This document shows, one piece after another, positions 39,646 to 49,351 of a stretch of 64,000 bases of DNA. The position numbers and the translations under genes were made by a program. The DNA is taken from NCBI GenBank assembly GCA_033549245.1, contig JAWSUW010000001.1, positions 1,755 to 65,754 of the forward strand. The letters run 5' to 3'. Below the pieces are notes generated by a model. It did no database searches and had not been told where the DNA came from. It saw only the letters and a list, made by a program, of their open reading frames with translations. How positions within the stretch are numbered: position 1 is the first letter of the stretch; each line of letters opens with the position of its first letter. The stretch is from Bacillota bacterium (GTDB taxonomy: Bacteria > Bacillota > Clostridia > Peptostreptococcales > Acidaminobacteraceae).

Positions 39646-39679
39646 AGACCCTGTCGTGGGAAACCATGATGGGGTTTTT
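39646..39679 (+). terminator. Intrinsic terminator
   Basis: ACCCTGTCGTGG-GAAA-CCATGATGGGGT followed by a T-run. Confidence 0.8.
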
Positions 39680-39775
39680 CACTTTTATTTGTATTAAAAC
39701 GCCAACTTTGTTATAATTGATATGACTATTAATGAGTTTATTAAATTGATAAGATAGATGGATTGGGAGGCTTAT

Positions 39776-40147
39776 ATGGCTGAAAATATGACTATTGATT
39801 CTTTAAAACACGGCAACGTGAACATCGCTGATGATGTAATAGGTGTAATCGCATCGATTGCTGCTTCGGAGATTGAAGGAATCAAAGGACTTAGTGGTAC
39901 ACTTTCTGAAGAAGTTATGGAAATTATGGGTAAGAAGACTTTTCATAAAGGTGTTTATGTCGAAATGGAGAACAACATTGCGACAGTAAATCTTAGCGTT
40001 GTCATGGATTATGGCACGAAGATCGACGACACTGCAGTACTTGTACAGGAAAACGTGAAGCTTGCCATCGAGTCCATGACAGGTGTACAGGTTGCGGCTG
40101 TGAATGTCACAGTTGAGAACATCATTATTAAAAAAGAAAATAAGTAA
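39776..40147 (+). CDS. Asp23/Gls24 family protein (YqhY-like)
   Basis: GNVNIADDVIGVIA, VQENVKLAIESMTG; upstream of nusB. Confidence 0.9.
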   Translation: MAENMTIDSLKHGNVNIADDVIGVIASIAASEIEGIKGLSGTLSEEVMEIMGKKTFHKGVYVEMENNIATVNLSVVMDYGTKIDDTAVLVQENVKLAIESMTGVQVAAVNVTVENIIIKKENK

Positions 40148-40204
40148 GAAAGTTTGAAAAGACTGGCTTCATTGAAGTTGGTCATTTTCATGTAAGGAGG
40201 ATAC

Positions 40205-40600
40205 ATGAATCGCGCAAGAAGTCGTGAGGTTGTTATGGAAATAATGTATCAGATGGAAATCCATAAAACGTATGAAATGGACGATATGGAAAAGTTTTTG
40301 GTGCATTATGAGGAAGTTCTGGATCTACCGTACATCCATAGATTGGTAGAGTTGTGGCTGACCCATCGTAGTGACGTGGAAGGCAAGATCACCGAACATC
40401 TTAAGGGTTGGAAACTCGATCGTATCGCCAAAATTGATTTGGCCATATTGAGACTAGGCATCACTGAGCTTATTTATGCTGATGATATTCCTAGAAAAGT
40501 CAGTATAAATGAGGCGGTCAATTTGGCTAAAAAGTATGTCGATGAAAAATCGGGTAAATTTGTCAATGGTGTACTCAGTCATTTCGCAGAAGAGGAATAA
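40205..40600 (+). CDS. nusB: Transcription antitermination factor NusB
   Basis: WKLDRIAKIDLAILR, SINEAVNLAK, FVNGVL. Confidence 0.95.
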   Translation: MNRARSREVVMEIMYQMEIHKTYEMDDMEKFLVHYEEVLDLPYIHRLVELWLTHRSDVEGKITEHLKGWKLDRIAKIDLAILRLGITELIYADDIPRKVSINEAVNLAKKYVDEKSGKFVNGVLSHFAEEE

Positions 40601-40603
40601 ATT

Positions 40604-41536
40604 ATGATACTTGGCATTGATACAAGTTGTTACACGACCTCCTTCATAGTGTTGTCAATTGAAACAGGAGAAATTCTTTTTGAGGACAACAGAATGCTGA
40701 AAGTGAAGAATGGAGAACGTGGATTGCGTCAATCCGAAGGTTTTTTCATGCACTCAGGACAATTGACTGAAATATTTGAAAAAATGTCTCGTCAGTTACC
40801 TGTTGCTGGATTAAAAGCAATCGCACTAAGCAGTAAACCCAGAAATATAGAAGATTCCTATATGCCAGTATTTCATGCTGGTCTTTTGTTTTGCAGGAAT
40901 ATTTCAAATGCACTTGGTATTCCACTTTATGAGTTTTCGCATCAGGAAGGTCACATCAAAGCAGCACTTAAGACGTGTGGACTGGATGATGAGCCTTCTC
41001 ATTTTATTTCTATGCACCTTTCAGGTGGCACAACTGAACTATTGGATGTGAAAAATGAGGGTGATAGATATGAAATTAATATCATAGGTAGAACACTGGA
41101 TATCAATTTCGGTCAATTGATTGATCGGATCGGTGTGAAACTCGGACTCCCCTTTCCAGCAGGAAGAGCGATGGATGAACTTGCAGGAACTTCAGATTGT
41201 GAAGCATTCTTTAAGGTCGATTTCAAATTCCATGAGGATTTCAATATTTCGGGACTGGAAAACAAATATACGCAGATGATGGAAACACATGAACCGGCAT
41301 ATGTCTGTAAGCACATTTTCAACACGATTGGCAGAGTGCTCGAACTATGGATCAAAGATAGGGAAGAGAACATACCAATCATACTGGCAGGTGGTGTGGC
41401 ATCCAATAGGATCATCAAAACCTATCTTGGACAAAATGACAGATATGGATCTGTCTATTTCGCCAGTCCAGACTATTCGAGAGACAACGCACTAGGAATT
41501 GCCGAGCTGGGTAGAGCAAGGTATTGGAGGAGATAA
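40604..41536 (+). CDS. TsaD/Kae1-like ASKHA-fold protein (divergent paralogue)
   Basis: LGIDTSCYTT, HQEGH, HLSGGTT, AGGVASN, DNALG. Confidence 0.8.
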   Translation: MILGIDTSCYTTSFIVLSIETGEILFEDNRMLKVKNGERGLRQSEGFFMHSGQLTEIFEKMSRQLPVAGLKAIALSSKPRNIEDSYMPVFHAGLLFCRNISNALGIPLYEFSHQEGHIKAALKTCGLDDEPSHFISMHLSGGTTELLDVKNEGDRYEINIIGRTLDINFGQLIDRIGVKLGLPFPAGRAMDELAGTSDCEAFFKVDFKFHEDFNISGLENKYTQMMETHEPAYVCKHIFNTIGRVLELWIKDREENIPIILAGGVASNRIIKTYLGQNDRYGSVYFASPDYSRDNALGIAELGRARYWRR

Positions 41537-41539
41537 GAC

Positions 41540-42790
41540 GTGATAAAAATGAAAGCGTTCACCGTGACTGAAATCACTAGATATATAAAGCGCATCATCG
41601 GAGCCGATCCTATTCTCAATAATGTGATTATCGAAGGTGAAATCTCGAATTTCACTAGACATTCGAGTGGTCACTGTTATTTTACGCTTAAGGACGATCA
41701 AAGCAAGATGACGTGTGTTCTATTTTCCCAGTATGTCACAGAGAATGTCAATACTTTAAAAAACGGGGATAAAGTTCACGCCAAAGGTCAAATCACTATT
41801 TTTGAAAGGGACGGCAAATATCAACTGTACGTCCAAGAAATTGAAAATATAGGTCTTGGCGCACTTCACATCAAATTTCAGTTATTAAAGGAATCTCTTG
41901 AGAAAAAGGGTTTCTTCGATATGAAATACAAGAAAAAATTACCTGAACTGCCAAAGCGCATCGGTGTAATCACATCACCGACTGGTGCGGCAATTCAGGA
42001 TATCATATCAGTCGCAAAAAGAAGATCTACATATTCGGAACTTCTGATCTATCCGGTCAGAGTACAAGGCGAAGGATCAAGTGCAGAGATTGTAAGGGCT
42101 ATAAAATATTTCAACGATAAGAATCCTGTGGATCTGATAGTATTGGCACGAGGTGGTGGATCCATAGAGGAACTCTGGTCTTTCAATGAGGAAAATGTAG
42201 CAGAGGCGATTTTTCGCTCGGAGGTTCCAATCATAACCGGTGTAGGACATGAGACAGATTTCACGATCAGCGATTTTGTGGCCGACCACAGAGCACCCAC
42301 ACCATCAGCTGCAGCAGAAATCGCAGTAAAATCAAAAGAGGAAATTCGTCTGATGATCAACAAGTCACTTCAGAGCATCATGCTGCAAGTCAATCGGAAA
42401 GTTGAACTCAAAGCTGCCAGACTTGAACGTTACTCAGAAAAAATGTTGGCGGATTTAGTGAGCAAATACACAGAAAAGAAACTACAAAAGTTGGAATATC
42501 TACATGAACGGAGTATCAGTAAGATGAAGAACTTCACTGCCATGGAACGTTCGAGACTGAGTGCCTATGGCTCCCAGCTCAATGCACTCAGCCCGCTAGG
42601 GGTGTTGTCCAGAGGGTATGGGATTGTCTCAAAGGATGATGTCGTCATAGGGACTGTTGAACAATTGGCTCAGGGTGATCAGATTGCGATTCAGTTCGTG
42701 GATGGCAAAGCGACAGGTACTGTGAATACTGTGGAGAAAAGTGTAGAAATGCAGGAAAGTGAGGCTGAACATGGCAGCAAAGAAAAGTAA
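41540..42790 (+). CDS. xseA: Exodeoxyribonuclease VII large subunit
   Basis: GEISNF, ITSPTGAA, RGGGSIEELW, GVGHETD, APTPSAAAE. Confidence 0.96.
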   Translation: MIKMKAFTVTEITRYIKRIIGADPILNNVIIEGEISNFTRHSSGHCYFTLKDDQSKMTCVLFSQYVTENVNTLKNGDKVHAKGQITIFERDGKYQLYVQEIENIGLGALHIKFQLLKESLEKKGFFDMKYKKKLPELPKRIGVITSPTGAAIQDIISVAKRRSTYSELLIYPVRVQGEGSSAEIVRAIKYFNDKNPVDLIVLARGGGSIEELWSFNEENVAEAIFRSEVPIITGVGHETDFTISDFVADHRAPTPSAAAEIAVKSKEEIRLMINKSLQSIMLQVNRKVELKAARLERYSEKMLADLVSKYTEKKLQKLEYLHERSISKMKNFTAMERSRLSAYGSQLNALSPLGVLSRGYGIVSKDDVVIGTVEQLAQGDQIAIQFVDGKATGTVNTVEKSVEMQESEAEHGSKEK

Positions 42791-42965
42791 TTTCGAAGAA
42801 AAACTGAACCGTTTGCAGGAAATAGCAAATGCACTGGAAAAAGGAGAGCTTTCTCTTGAAGAAATGTTGAAAGCATTCGAAGAGGGCATTAAAGTATATA
42901 GAGAATGCAATACAATACTTGAATCGACCGAAGCAAAGATTCAAATGTTGATGACGGAAGAATAG
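42771..42965 (+). CDS. xseB: Exodeoxyribonuclease VII small subunit
   Basis: FEEKLNRLQEIANALEKGELSLEE. Confidence 0.92.
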   Translation: MAAKKSNFEEKLNRLQEIANALEKGELSLEEMLKAFEEGIKVYRECNTILESTEAKIQMLMTEE

Positions 42966-42974
42966 GAGCAGGTC

Positions 42975-43862
42975 ATGAATTTTGAAAACCGTTTGAAGGA
43001 ACATTTTGAAAGAGTTGAAAGCGTAATTCAAGGAAGTTTTGATGGTGAATCACCAGCACATGGCATCATTCGGGAGTCGATGATGTACAGTTTGAATGCC
43101 GGTGGAAAAAGACTGCGTCCCGCTCTATTGATGGAAGTCAACAAGCTATATGGTGGAGATGAGGAGGCGGCAGTCCAGTTTGCTCTAGCACTTGAGATGA
43201 TTCACACTTATTCATTGATTCACGATGATCTTCCTTGTATGGATGATGATGATCTGAGACGTGGCAAACCTACCAATCATATCATGTTCGGGTATGACAT
43301 AGCAGTTTTGGCCGGTGATGGATTATTGAATCTGGCAGCTGAGGTCATGCTTGAGACAGTTATCAAAAACAACTATTTGCCCAATTTCATAGATGCCATG
43401 CGAGAAATCTTGAAAGCATCCGGTCCAAGTGGTATGATATTAGGGCAAGTAGCTGATATCAAGTATGAAACAGAAAGTATGAATCGTGAAACCCTTGATT
43501 TTATCAATAAAAATAAAACTGGAAAATTGATTGTCGCAGCACTCACCGCAGGGGGTCTACTTGCAAACGCTCCTGTAGAGGACGTCGCGCTTTTAGGCAA
43601 AATCGGTGAGGATATGGGACTGATGTTCCAAATGGTTGACGATGTGCTCGATCTTACCGGAGATCCAGAGAAACTTGGTAAGCGAACTCAAATGGATGTC
43701 AAGAACGATAAAAGGACTTATCCGATGCTCATTGGGATAGATGAGGTTAAAACTCAAATCAAAGCTTATGAGAATCGGTTGATGGATTATTTGGATAGAC
43801 TGAGTGTCGACACTGAATTTCTAAAGGAATTGGTGCATTTTTTAGCACTCAGGGATTATTGA
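42975..43862 (+). CDS. ispA: Farnesyl diphosphate synthase (polyprenyl synthetase)
   Basis: GGKRLRP, LIHDDLPCMDDDDLRRG, FQMVDDVLD. Confidence 0.95.
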   Translation: MNFENRLKEHFERVESVIQGSFDGESPAHGIIRESMMYSLNAGGKRLRPALLMEVNKLYGGDEEAAVQFALALEMIHTYSLIHDDLPCMDDDDLRRGKPTNHIMFGYDIAVLAGDGLLNLAAEVMLETVIKNNYLPNFIDAMREILKASGPSGMILGQVADIKYETESMNRETLDFINKNKTGKLIVAALTAGGLLANAPVEDVALLGKIGEDMGLMFQMVDDVLDLTGDPEKLGKRTQMDVKNDKRTYPMLIGIDEVKTQIKAYENRLMDYLDRLSVDTEFLKELVHFLALRDY

Positions 43863-43874
43863 CAAGGAGGCAGT

Positions 43875-44321
43875 ATGGCGGATTTTATGGATGAGATTGT
43901 TGCCAACAAGGTATTTATCGCTGCAATGGTTTCATGGATTATTGCCCAAACATTCAAAGTATTGATTTCACTGATGGTGGATAAAGAATTTAAATTCGAG
44001 AGATTTCATGGTTCAGGCGGAATGCCGAGTTCACATACCGCTACCATAGTTGCGGCATCTACAGCAATCGGAATTACCGATGGTTGGTCATCTTCGGTGT
44101 ATGCTCTTTCACTGATTATGGCTTTCATTGTGATGTACGACGCATCTGGTGTACGCAGATCAGTGGGAAAACAAGCGAAATTACTCAATGACATCATAAA
44201 AGACCTTTATAAGCACAAACATCTCGAAGAAGAGAAACTTAAGGAACTTGTGGGGCACAAACCCACAGAAGTTGCAGTTGGCGCACTCCTGGGGATTTTA
44301 GTTGCCAACATCTTAGTTTAG
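43875..44321 (+). CDS. Divergent PAP2 family membrane protein
   Basis: GGMPSSH, VMYDASGVRR, LVGHKP. Confidence 0.92.
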   Translation: MADFMDEIVANKVFIAAMVSWIIAQTFKVLISLMVDKEFKFERFHGSGGMPSSHTATIVAASTAIGITDGWSSSVYALSLIMAFIVMYDASGVRRSVGKQAKLLNDIIKDLYKHKHLEEEKLKELVGHKPTEVAVGALLGILVANILV

Positions 44322-44327
44322 AAAATA

Positions 44328-44880
44328 AAAAGAGGCACAGTATTCTAGTCAGAAATTCTAATTCTGAAGGCGGGGCTAAAAATTCGCTAGAGGGCACATC
44401 GATGAAGTTCCTGGTTCTTGCTTGAGACGCCCAGTCTCGGGTTGGAGTTGGGAGTAAGGGTACGGGGGCAAACTACAATGGCATGTAGAGCTTGACCCTC
44501 AGCCTGTGGAGACTCGTTTCGACGAGATTAAACCTGCATGTGGTCGAAAGGCTTAGTGCAGAGTAGCCTGCCTTGAGTGGTGGCGGTAGACGAAGGTTTA
44601 GGTTCATGTGAATTGGCCAATTCACAAGGATTATTGCCGATCCAAACCGTTGTTGCAAAAGAGGCTAGGAATTAGAACGCCTGTTGAGGAAAGCTCCTAG
44701 ACTGTATTTAGGTCGATCGGGGATTGAAGTGTGGACTAAGTGGTAGTCTAGTCTTGCAATATGGAAACATTGCAAATAGGTTTTTAAAGGGAAACCGCTA
44801 TTTTGGCGACAGAACAGCAAACCTATGGGAAATCCTACTAGACCTAAGCCGCAGAATTAATCCGATTGATCGCCTCCTTT
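44328..44880 (+). ncRNA. ole: OLE RNA (ornate, large, extremophilic RNA)
   Basis: ~550-nt ORF-free, G-rich structured region whose ends pair (AAAGAGGC / GCCTCCTTT). Contains OLE-type conserved blocks TATTCTAGTCAG, GAGTAGCCTGCCTTGAGTG, GTTGAGGAAAGCTCCTAGACTG, GGGGATTGAAGTGTGGACTAAGTGG and GACCTAAGCCGCAG. Canonical context: ispA upstream, oapA-dxs-tlyA downstream. Boundaries approximate. Confidence 0.9.
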
Positions 44881-44904
44881 CATTATATATAAGGTGACAA
44901 ACAA

Positions 44905-45489
44905 ATGAAAAAAAAGATTACAATCAATAGAAAATGGATTCTACACACCTTCTTGATGACCTTCATTCTGGCGGTAATATTCAGTATCGTTTCTGAAGCC
45001 TTGATCAGACAGGTGAATATAGTCGTCGCGATACTTCTGCTCCTAGTGATTGTTTCAGTGGGCGTTTTTTTTGACGCCATAGGAATTGCGGTCGCAGCGG
45101 CTGATGAAAAGCCATTTCACGCTATGGCGGCATCAAGGGTGAAAAGTGCAAAATACTCCATTAGATTGCTCAAGAACGCATCAAAGGTTTCCAATTTTTG
45201 CAACGATGTCATAGGTGATATTGCAGGGATTGTCAGTGGTACAACTATCGGAATCATCATGGGATTTTTCAAACAATACAATATCGACCCTGAAATACAG
45301 GTTTATATCACGATTGCTTTCAGCGGTGTGGTTGCCGCACTCACAGTAGGCGGTAAAGCCATCGGTAAGGAAATTGCGATTTCAAAATCCAAAGAGGTTG
45401 TTGATTTAACAGGTAAAGTGATCTATTTTTTTGATGTATTGACGCTCAAAAAAACATTTGCACACAATGTGAAAATCAGAAAGGAATAA
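44905..45489 (+). CDS. oapA: OLE-associated protein A
   Basis: 194 aa, about four TM helices, FHAMAA and NDVIGDIAGIVSG (DxxxD at D101/D105), ALTVGGKA; directly downstream of ole. Confidence 0.88.
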   Translation: MKKKITINRKWILHTFLMTFILAVIFSIVSEALIRQVNIVVAILLLLVIVSVGVFFDAIGIAVAAADEKPFHAMAASRVKSAKYSIRLLKNASKVSNFCNDVIGDIAGIVSGTTIGIIMGFFKQYNIDPEIQVYITIAFSGVVAALTVGGKAIGKEIAISKSKEVVDLTGKVIYFFDVLTLKKTFAHNVKIRKE

Positions 45490-45492
45490 TAT

Positions 45493-47355
45493 ATGTACAA
45501 ATACTTGGATGCCATCAAAGGGCCTGAGGATTTAAAAAAACTAACTGTTGAAGAACTCAAAGTGCTCGCCTATGAGGTGAGGCTCTTTTTAATAGATACC
45601 GTATCAAAAACCGGGGGGCATCTCGCTTCCAATTTAGGGGTTGTGGAACTTACAATCGCCTTGCATTATGTTTTTGACTCTCCGGTAGACCACATCATTT
45701 GGGATGTGAGTCATCAAGCCTATGTCCATAAGATTTTAACTGGAAGACAAGCAGGATTTGAGTCATTAAGACAATTGGGCGGTATGAGTGGATTCGTCAA
45801 ACGCGCGGAATCGGCTCATGACAAATTTGATACCGGACACAGCAGCACTTCCATATCGGCAGGCGTTGGTGTGTCACTAGCGCGTGACCTGAAGGGCGAA
45901 GATTTCGATGTAGTGGCCGTCATTGGAGATGGTGCGATGACAGGAGGAATGGCTTTTGAAGCCATGAATCACCTGGGACATTCAAATACCAATATGAAAA
46001 TTATACTCAACGACAACGAGATGTCCATTTCAAAGAATGTCGGTGGTCTTTCAACGGCATTGAATAAGCTTAGAACGACACAAGGCTACTATTCCATAAA
46101 GGGAAAGACGAAAGTGAAACTTTCCAAATTTCCATCAGTGGGTGAACCCCTCGTGAAACTGATCAGCAAGGCCAAAGGGGGACTCAAATATTTCCTTGTC
46201 AATCAAGGTCAGTTTTTTGAAGATCTGGGACTGACGTATATCGGACCTGTCGATGGGCATGATCTAGGCTCATTGATCGATCATCTTAACATGGCGAAAA
46301 AAGCGAAAGATCCTGTTCTTTTGCATGTGGTTACTCAAAAAGGTAAAGGATATGGTTTTTCAGAACAATATCCCTATCTTTATCATGGTGTTGGACCATT
46401 TGATCCCAAAAATCTCATACCGCAGAAAGTCAAAAAGGATTACTCTCAATTGTTCGGAGACACCTTGGTGGACATCGGAGAAAAGCATGACAATGTAGTC
46501 GCAATCAGTGCGGCAATGATAGATGGAACTGGCCTCACAGAATTTTGCAAACGTTTTCCAAATAGGATTTTCGATGTGGGCATTGCTGAGCAACATGCTG
46601 TAACCATGGCGGCGGGACTCATGACCCAAGGCATAAAGCCGTTTGTGGCCATTTATTCCACATTCTTGCAAAGAGCATACGATCAGGTGCTTCATGATGT
46701 ATGCATCCAAAACCTCCCCGTGGTATTTTGTATCGATAGGGCTGGAATCGTAGGAAATGATGGAGAAACACATCATGGTCTTTATGATATTTCGTACCTG
46801 AGTGCCATCCCGAATATGACACTTCTGTCACCTAAAGATGGCGAAGAACTTGAATATATGATGCGTTATGCTGTGGATTACAACGATGGACCGATTGCCA
46901 TCAGATATCCTCGTGGAAATGCTGAGCATTTGTCGACTCTGCCAATTACAAATTTGTTGCCTGAAATGCTGAATGTGGGAGAAAATATCGCACTTGTAGC
47001 AACCGGAAAAATGGTTGGAATCGCACTGGAAGCGGCAAAAAAATACGAGAATGCTTTCGGAAAGCGCATCAGCGTGATCAACATTAGAAAAATCAAGCCA
47101 CTTGATGTGTTGGAAATTAAAGCGCTTCTGCAAAATCACAAGATGATCATAACGCTTGAGGACCATTCCATTATAGGTGGACTTGGTGACCAAATCGGAA
47201 ACCTGTTATTCAATGAGAGTCCTCAAAGAGCCTTACACAAGATGGGATTTGATGATGCTTTTGTGGAACAGGGCAACGTGGAGGATATCTTCAAGGCACA
47301 TTCTCTTGATGTGGAAGGTGTATTTGAGAAGATCAAGGCGGTGGACAATGTCTAA
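45493..47355 (+). CDS. dxs: 1-deoxy-D-xylulose-5-phosphate synthase
   Basis: GGHLASNLGVVELT, GDGAMTGG, GIAEQHAV, DRAG, IRYPRG. Confidence 0.97.
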   Translation: MYKYLDAIKGPEDLKKLTVEELKVLAYEVRLFLIDTVSKTGGHLASNLGVVELTIALHYVFDSPVDHIIWDVSHQAYVHKILTGRQAGFESLRQLGGMSGFVKRAESAHDKFDTGHSSTSISAGVGVSLARDLKGEDFDVVAVIGDGAMTGGMAFEAMNHLGHSNTNMKIILNDNEMSISKNVGGLSTALNKLRTTQGYYSIKGKTKVKLSKFPSVGEPLVKLISKAKGGLKYFLVNQGQFFEDLGLTYIGPVDGHDLGSLIDHLNMAKKAKDPVLLHVVTQKGKGYGFSEQYPYLYHGVGPFDPKNLIPQKVKKDYSQLFGDTLVDIGEKHDNVVAISAAMIDGTGLTEFCKRFPNRIFDVGIAEQHAVTMAAGLMTQGIKPFVAIYSTFLQRAYDQVLHDVCIQNLPVVFCIDRAGIVGNDGETHHGLYDISYLSAIPNMTLLSPKDGEELEYMMRYAVDYNDGPIAIRYPRGNAEHLSTLPITNLLPEMLNVGENIALVATGKMVGIALEAAKKYENAFGKRISVINIRKIKPLDVLEIKALLQNHKMIITLEDHSIIGGLGDQIGNLLFNESPQRALHKMGFDDAFVEQGNVEDIFKAHSLDVEGVFEKIKAVDNV

Positions 47356-48172
47356 GGAAAGGATAGATGTCCTACTGGTCGAAAAAATGGGATTCGAGTC
47401 TAGAGAAAAAGCGCAGGCAACCATAATGGCCGGACTTGTATACATCGACAATATGCGTGTGGACAAGGCCGGTACTAAAGTGGATGTTGAATCTGAAATT
47501 GAAGTCAGAGGAAATGCGCTTCCTTATGTCAGCAGGGGTGGACTAAAACTTGAAAAGGCGATTCAATCCTATGAATTGTCTCTCGAGGGTAAAAGGTGCA
47601 TGGATATTGGCGCATCAACCGGCGGGTTTACGGATTGTATGCTTCAAAACGGAGCGATGAGGGTCTATTCAGTGGATGTCGGCTATGGTCAACTCGACTG
47701 GAAACTAAGAAATGATGAACGAGTCACAAACATGGAAAGAACCAATATCAGATATGTGACAACGGATCAAATAGGAGAACCGCTTGATTTTATCAGTATC
47801 GATGTTTCCTTTATATCTCTTAAACTGGTTCTCCCAGTTGCCACAACGCTATTAAAAACTGGAGGGGAAATCGTTTTTCTCATCAAACCACAGTTTGAGG
47901 CCGGAAGGGAACATATGAAAAAAAGCGGCGTTGTTCGGGATCGTAAAATACACATTCAAGTGATTGAGAATGTCATCAATTTTGCAAAGGATAGTGGATT
48001 TTGTATCAAAGACATCACGTTTTCACCTATAAAAGGACCTAAAGGCAATATAGAATTTCTGGCTTATGCCATAAAAGATGATTTATGTGATTCTTTTGCC
48101 GTAAATGTCTCCGCTTTGGTTGATAAGGCTCATTTGGACCTTTGCGATAAAACCGAGGAGAGCGAGAAATAG
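47348..48172 (+). CDS. tlyA: TlyA family rRNA 2'-O-methyltransferase
   Basis: S4 domain, YVSRGGLKL, DIGASTGGFTD, KPQFE. Confidence 0.94.
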   Translation: MSKERIDVLLVEKMGFESREKAQATIMAGLVYIDNMRVDKAGTKVDVESEIEVRGNALPYVSRGGLKLEKAIQSYELSLEGKRCMDIGASTGGFTDCMLQNGAMRVYSVDVGYGQLDWKLRNDERVTNMERTNIRYVTTDQIGEPLDFISIDVSFISLKLVLPVATTLLKTGGEIVFLIKPQFEAGREHMKKSGVVRDRKIHIQVIENVINFAKDSGFCIKDITFSPIKGPKGNIEFLAYAIKDDLCDSFAVNVSALVDKAHLDLCDKTEESEK

Positions 48173-48182
48173 GAAGGACATC

Positions 48183-48731
48183 ATGAAAGTCTTCAAGGAT
48201 CTTGTCAAACTTTATATCATTTTTTTCAAAGTGGGATTATTCACAATAGGCGGCGGTTATGCCATGTTGCCGATTGTTGAGAGAGAACTCGTAGAGGAAT
48301 CCAAACTATCCACCATGGAATCGGTCATGGAAAGTTATTCCCTTGCACAAACTTTGCCGGGGGTAATTGCTTCCAATGCGGCAGCATTGATCGGATACAA
48401 ACTGTTCGGCATACCTGGAGCCATCGCTTCAGCGCTGGGTGTCATAACGCCGTCCATTGGAATCATAACAGTTATAGCGATGGTATTTCGAAAGTTTGGT
48501 CATCTCGAAGTTGTTCAAAATGCCTTCATAGGAATCCGGATTGTAGTACTGGCACTTTTATTTGATTCTTTCATGAGACTGTTCAAAGTGGCGGTATTTG
48601 ACAAGAAAACCTTTGCGGTAGCCATGGTTTCATTTGTTCTGGTACTTATGAACTGGGCATCCCCGATTTTGATTCTCATCGTTGGTGCGCTCTTTGGGCT
48701 TTATGTATACAGAGAGCGGGTGGGCTCATGA
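48183..48731 (+). CDS. Short-chain chromate transporter family, subunit 1
   Basis: FFKVGLFTIGGGYA, AQTLPG. Confidence 0.9.
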   Translation: MKVFKDLVKLYIIFFKVGLFTIGGGYAMLPIVERELVEESKLSTMESVMESYSLAQTLPGVIASNAAALIGYKLFGIPGAIASALGVITPSIGIITVIAMVFRKFGHLEVVQNAFIGIRIVVLALLFDSFMRLFKVAVFDKKTFAVAMVSFVLVLMNWASPILILIVGALFGLYVYRERVGS

Positions 48732-49285
48732 GGTTGTTTGCATTTTTATTTGAGTTTTTTAAGATTGGACTTTTCACATATGGTGGCGGTCTGGCCATGA
48801 TTCCGATTCTTAGGGATATCGCTGTGAATAAAGAGTGGTTATCGGAAAGTCATTTTACTGACTTGATTGCGATTTCCCAATCCACACCGGGACCAATTGC
48901 AATCAACATGGCAACCTATATCGGCTATAGAGAGTTCTCATTTCTGGGTGCCATTTTGGCATCACTTACCATTATCGCTCCCGCATTCGTTCTCGCGATC
49001 CTACTTGGAAAATTTCTTTCTAAATTCAACAGGCATCCTTTTGTACAAGCTGCTTTCGTTGGACTGAAGGCAACTATTATCGGTCTTATAGCGACATCTG
49101 TGGTACAAGTGGCTTTGGTTTCACTATATGGAAGTGAACCTGGAAGACTCATCAGACCATGGGAGGGACTGGACCTCAAGGCTGTTGCGTTCATGCTTGT
49201 CTTTTATTTTATTATAAGAAAATATCAGAAACATCCGCTCATCTACATCACTATTGGTGGGATCGCAAGTCTATTTATCTGGTAG
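48728..49285 (+). CDS. Short-chain chromate transporter family, subunit 2
   Basis: FFKIGLFTYGGG, SQSTPGPIAINMATYIG. Confidence 0.9.
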   Translation: MRLFAFLFEFFKIGLFTYGGGLAMIPILRDIAVNKEWLSESHFTDLIAISQSTPGPIAINMATYIGYREFSFLGAILASLTIIAPAFVLAILLGKFLSKFNRHPFVQAAFVGLKATIIGLIATSVVQVALVSLYGSEPGRLIRPWEGLDLKAVAFMLVFYFIIRKYQKHPLIYITIGGIASLFIW

Positions 49286-49351
49286 CATCAGGAAATTAAC
49301 CTTTTACTAAAAATTAATATTATAATATAATGGAGTTGTTGGGGGGATCTT

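Noticed and set aside
44473-44658. 61-aa minus-strand ORF
   Set aside because: Lies antisense within the OLE RNA, has no recognisable motif, and has a non-ATG start.
44686-44697. RNase P RNA, tmRNA or group II intron as the identity of the large non-coding region
   Set aside because: GAGGAAAGCTCC only resembles the RNase P GAGGAAAGTCC motif and sits mid-molecule. There are no tRNA-like ends or intron domain V. The oapA context supports OLE.
47348-48172. Hemolysin/virulence factor
   Set aside because: Ordinary TlyA rRNA methyltransferase in the conserved dxs-tlyA-argR-recN context.
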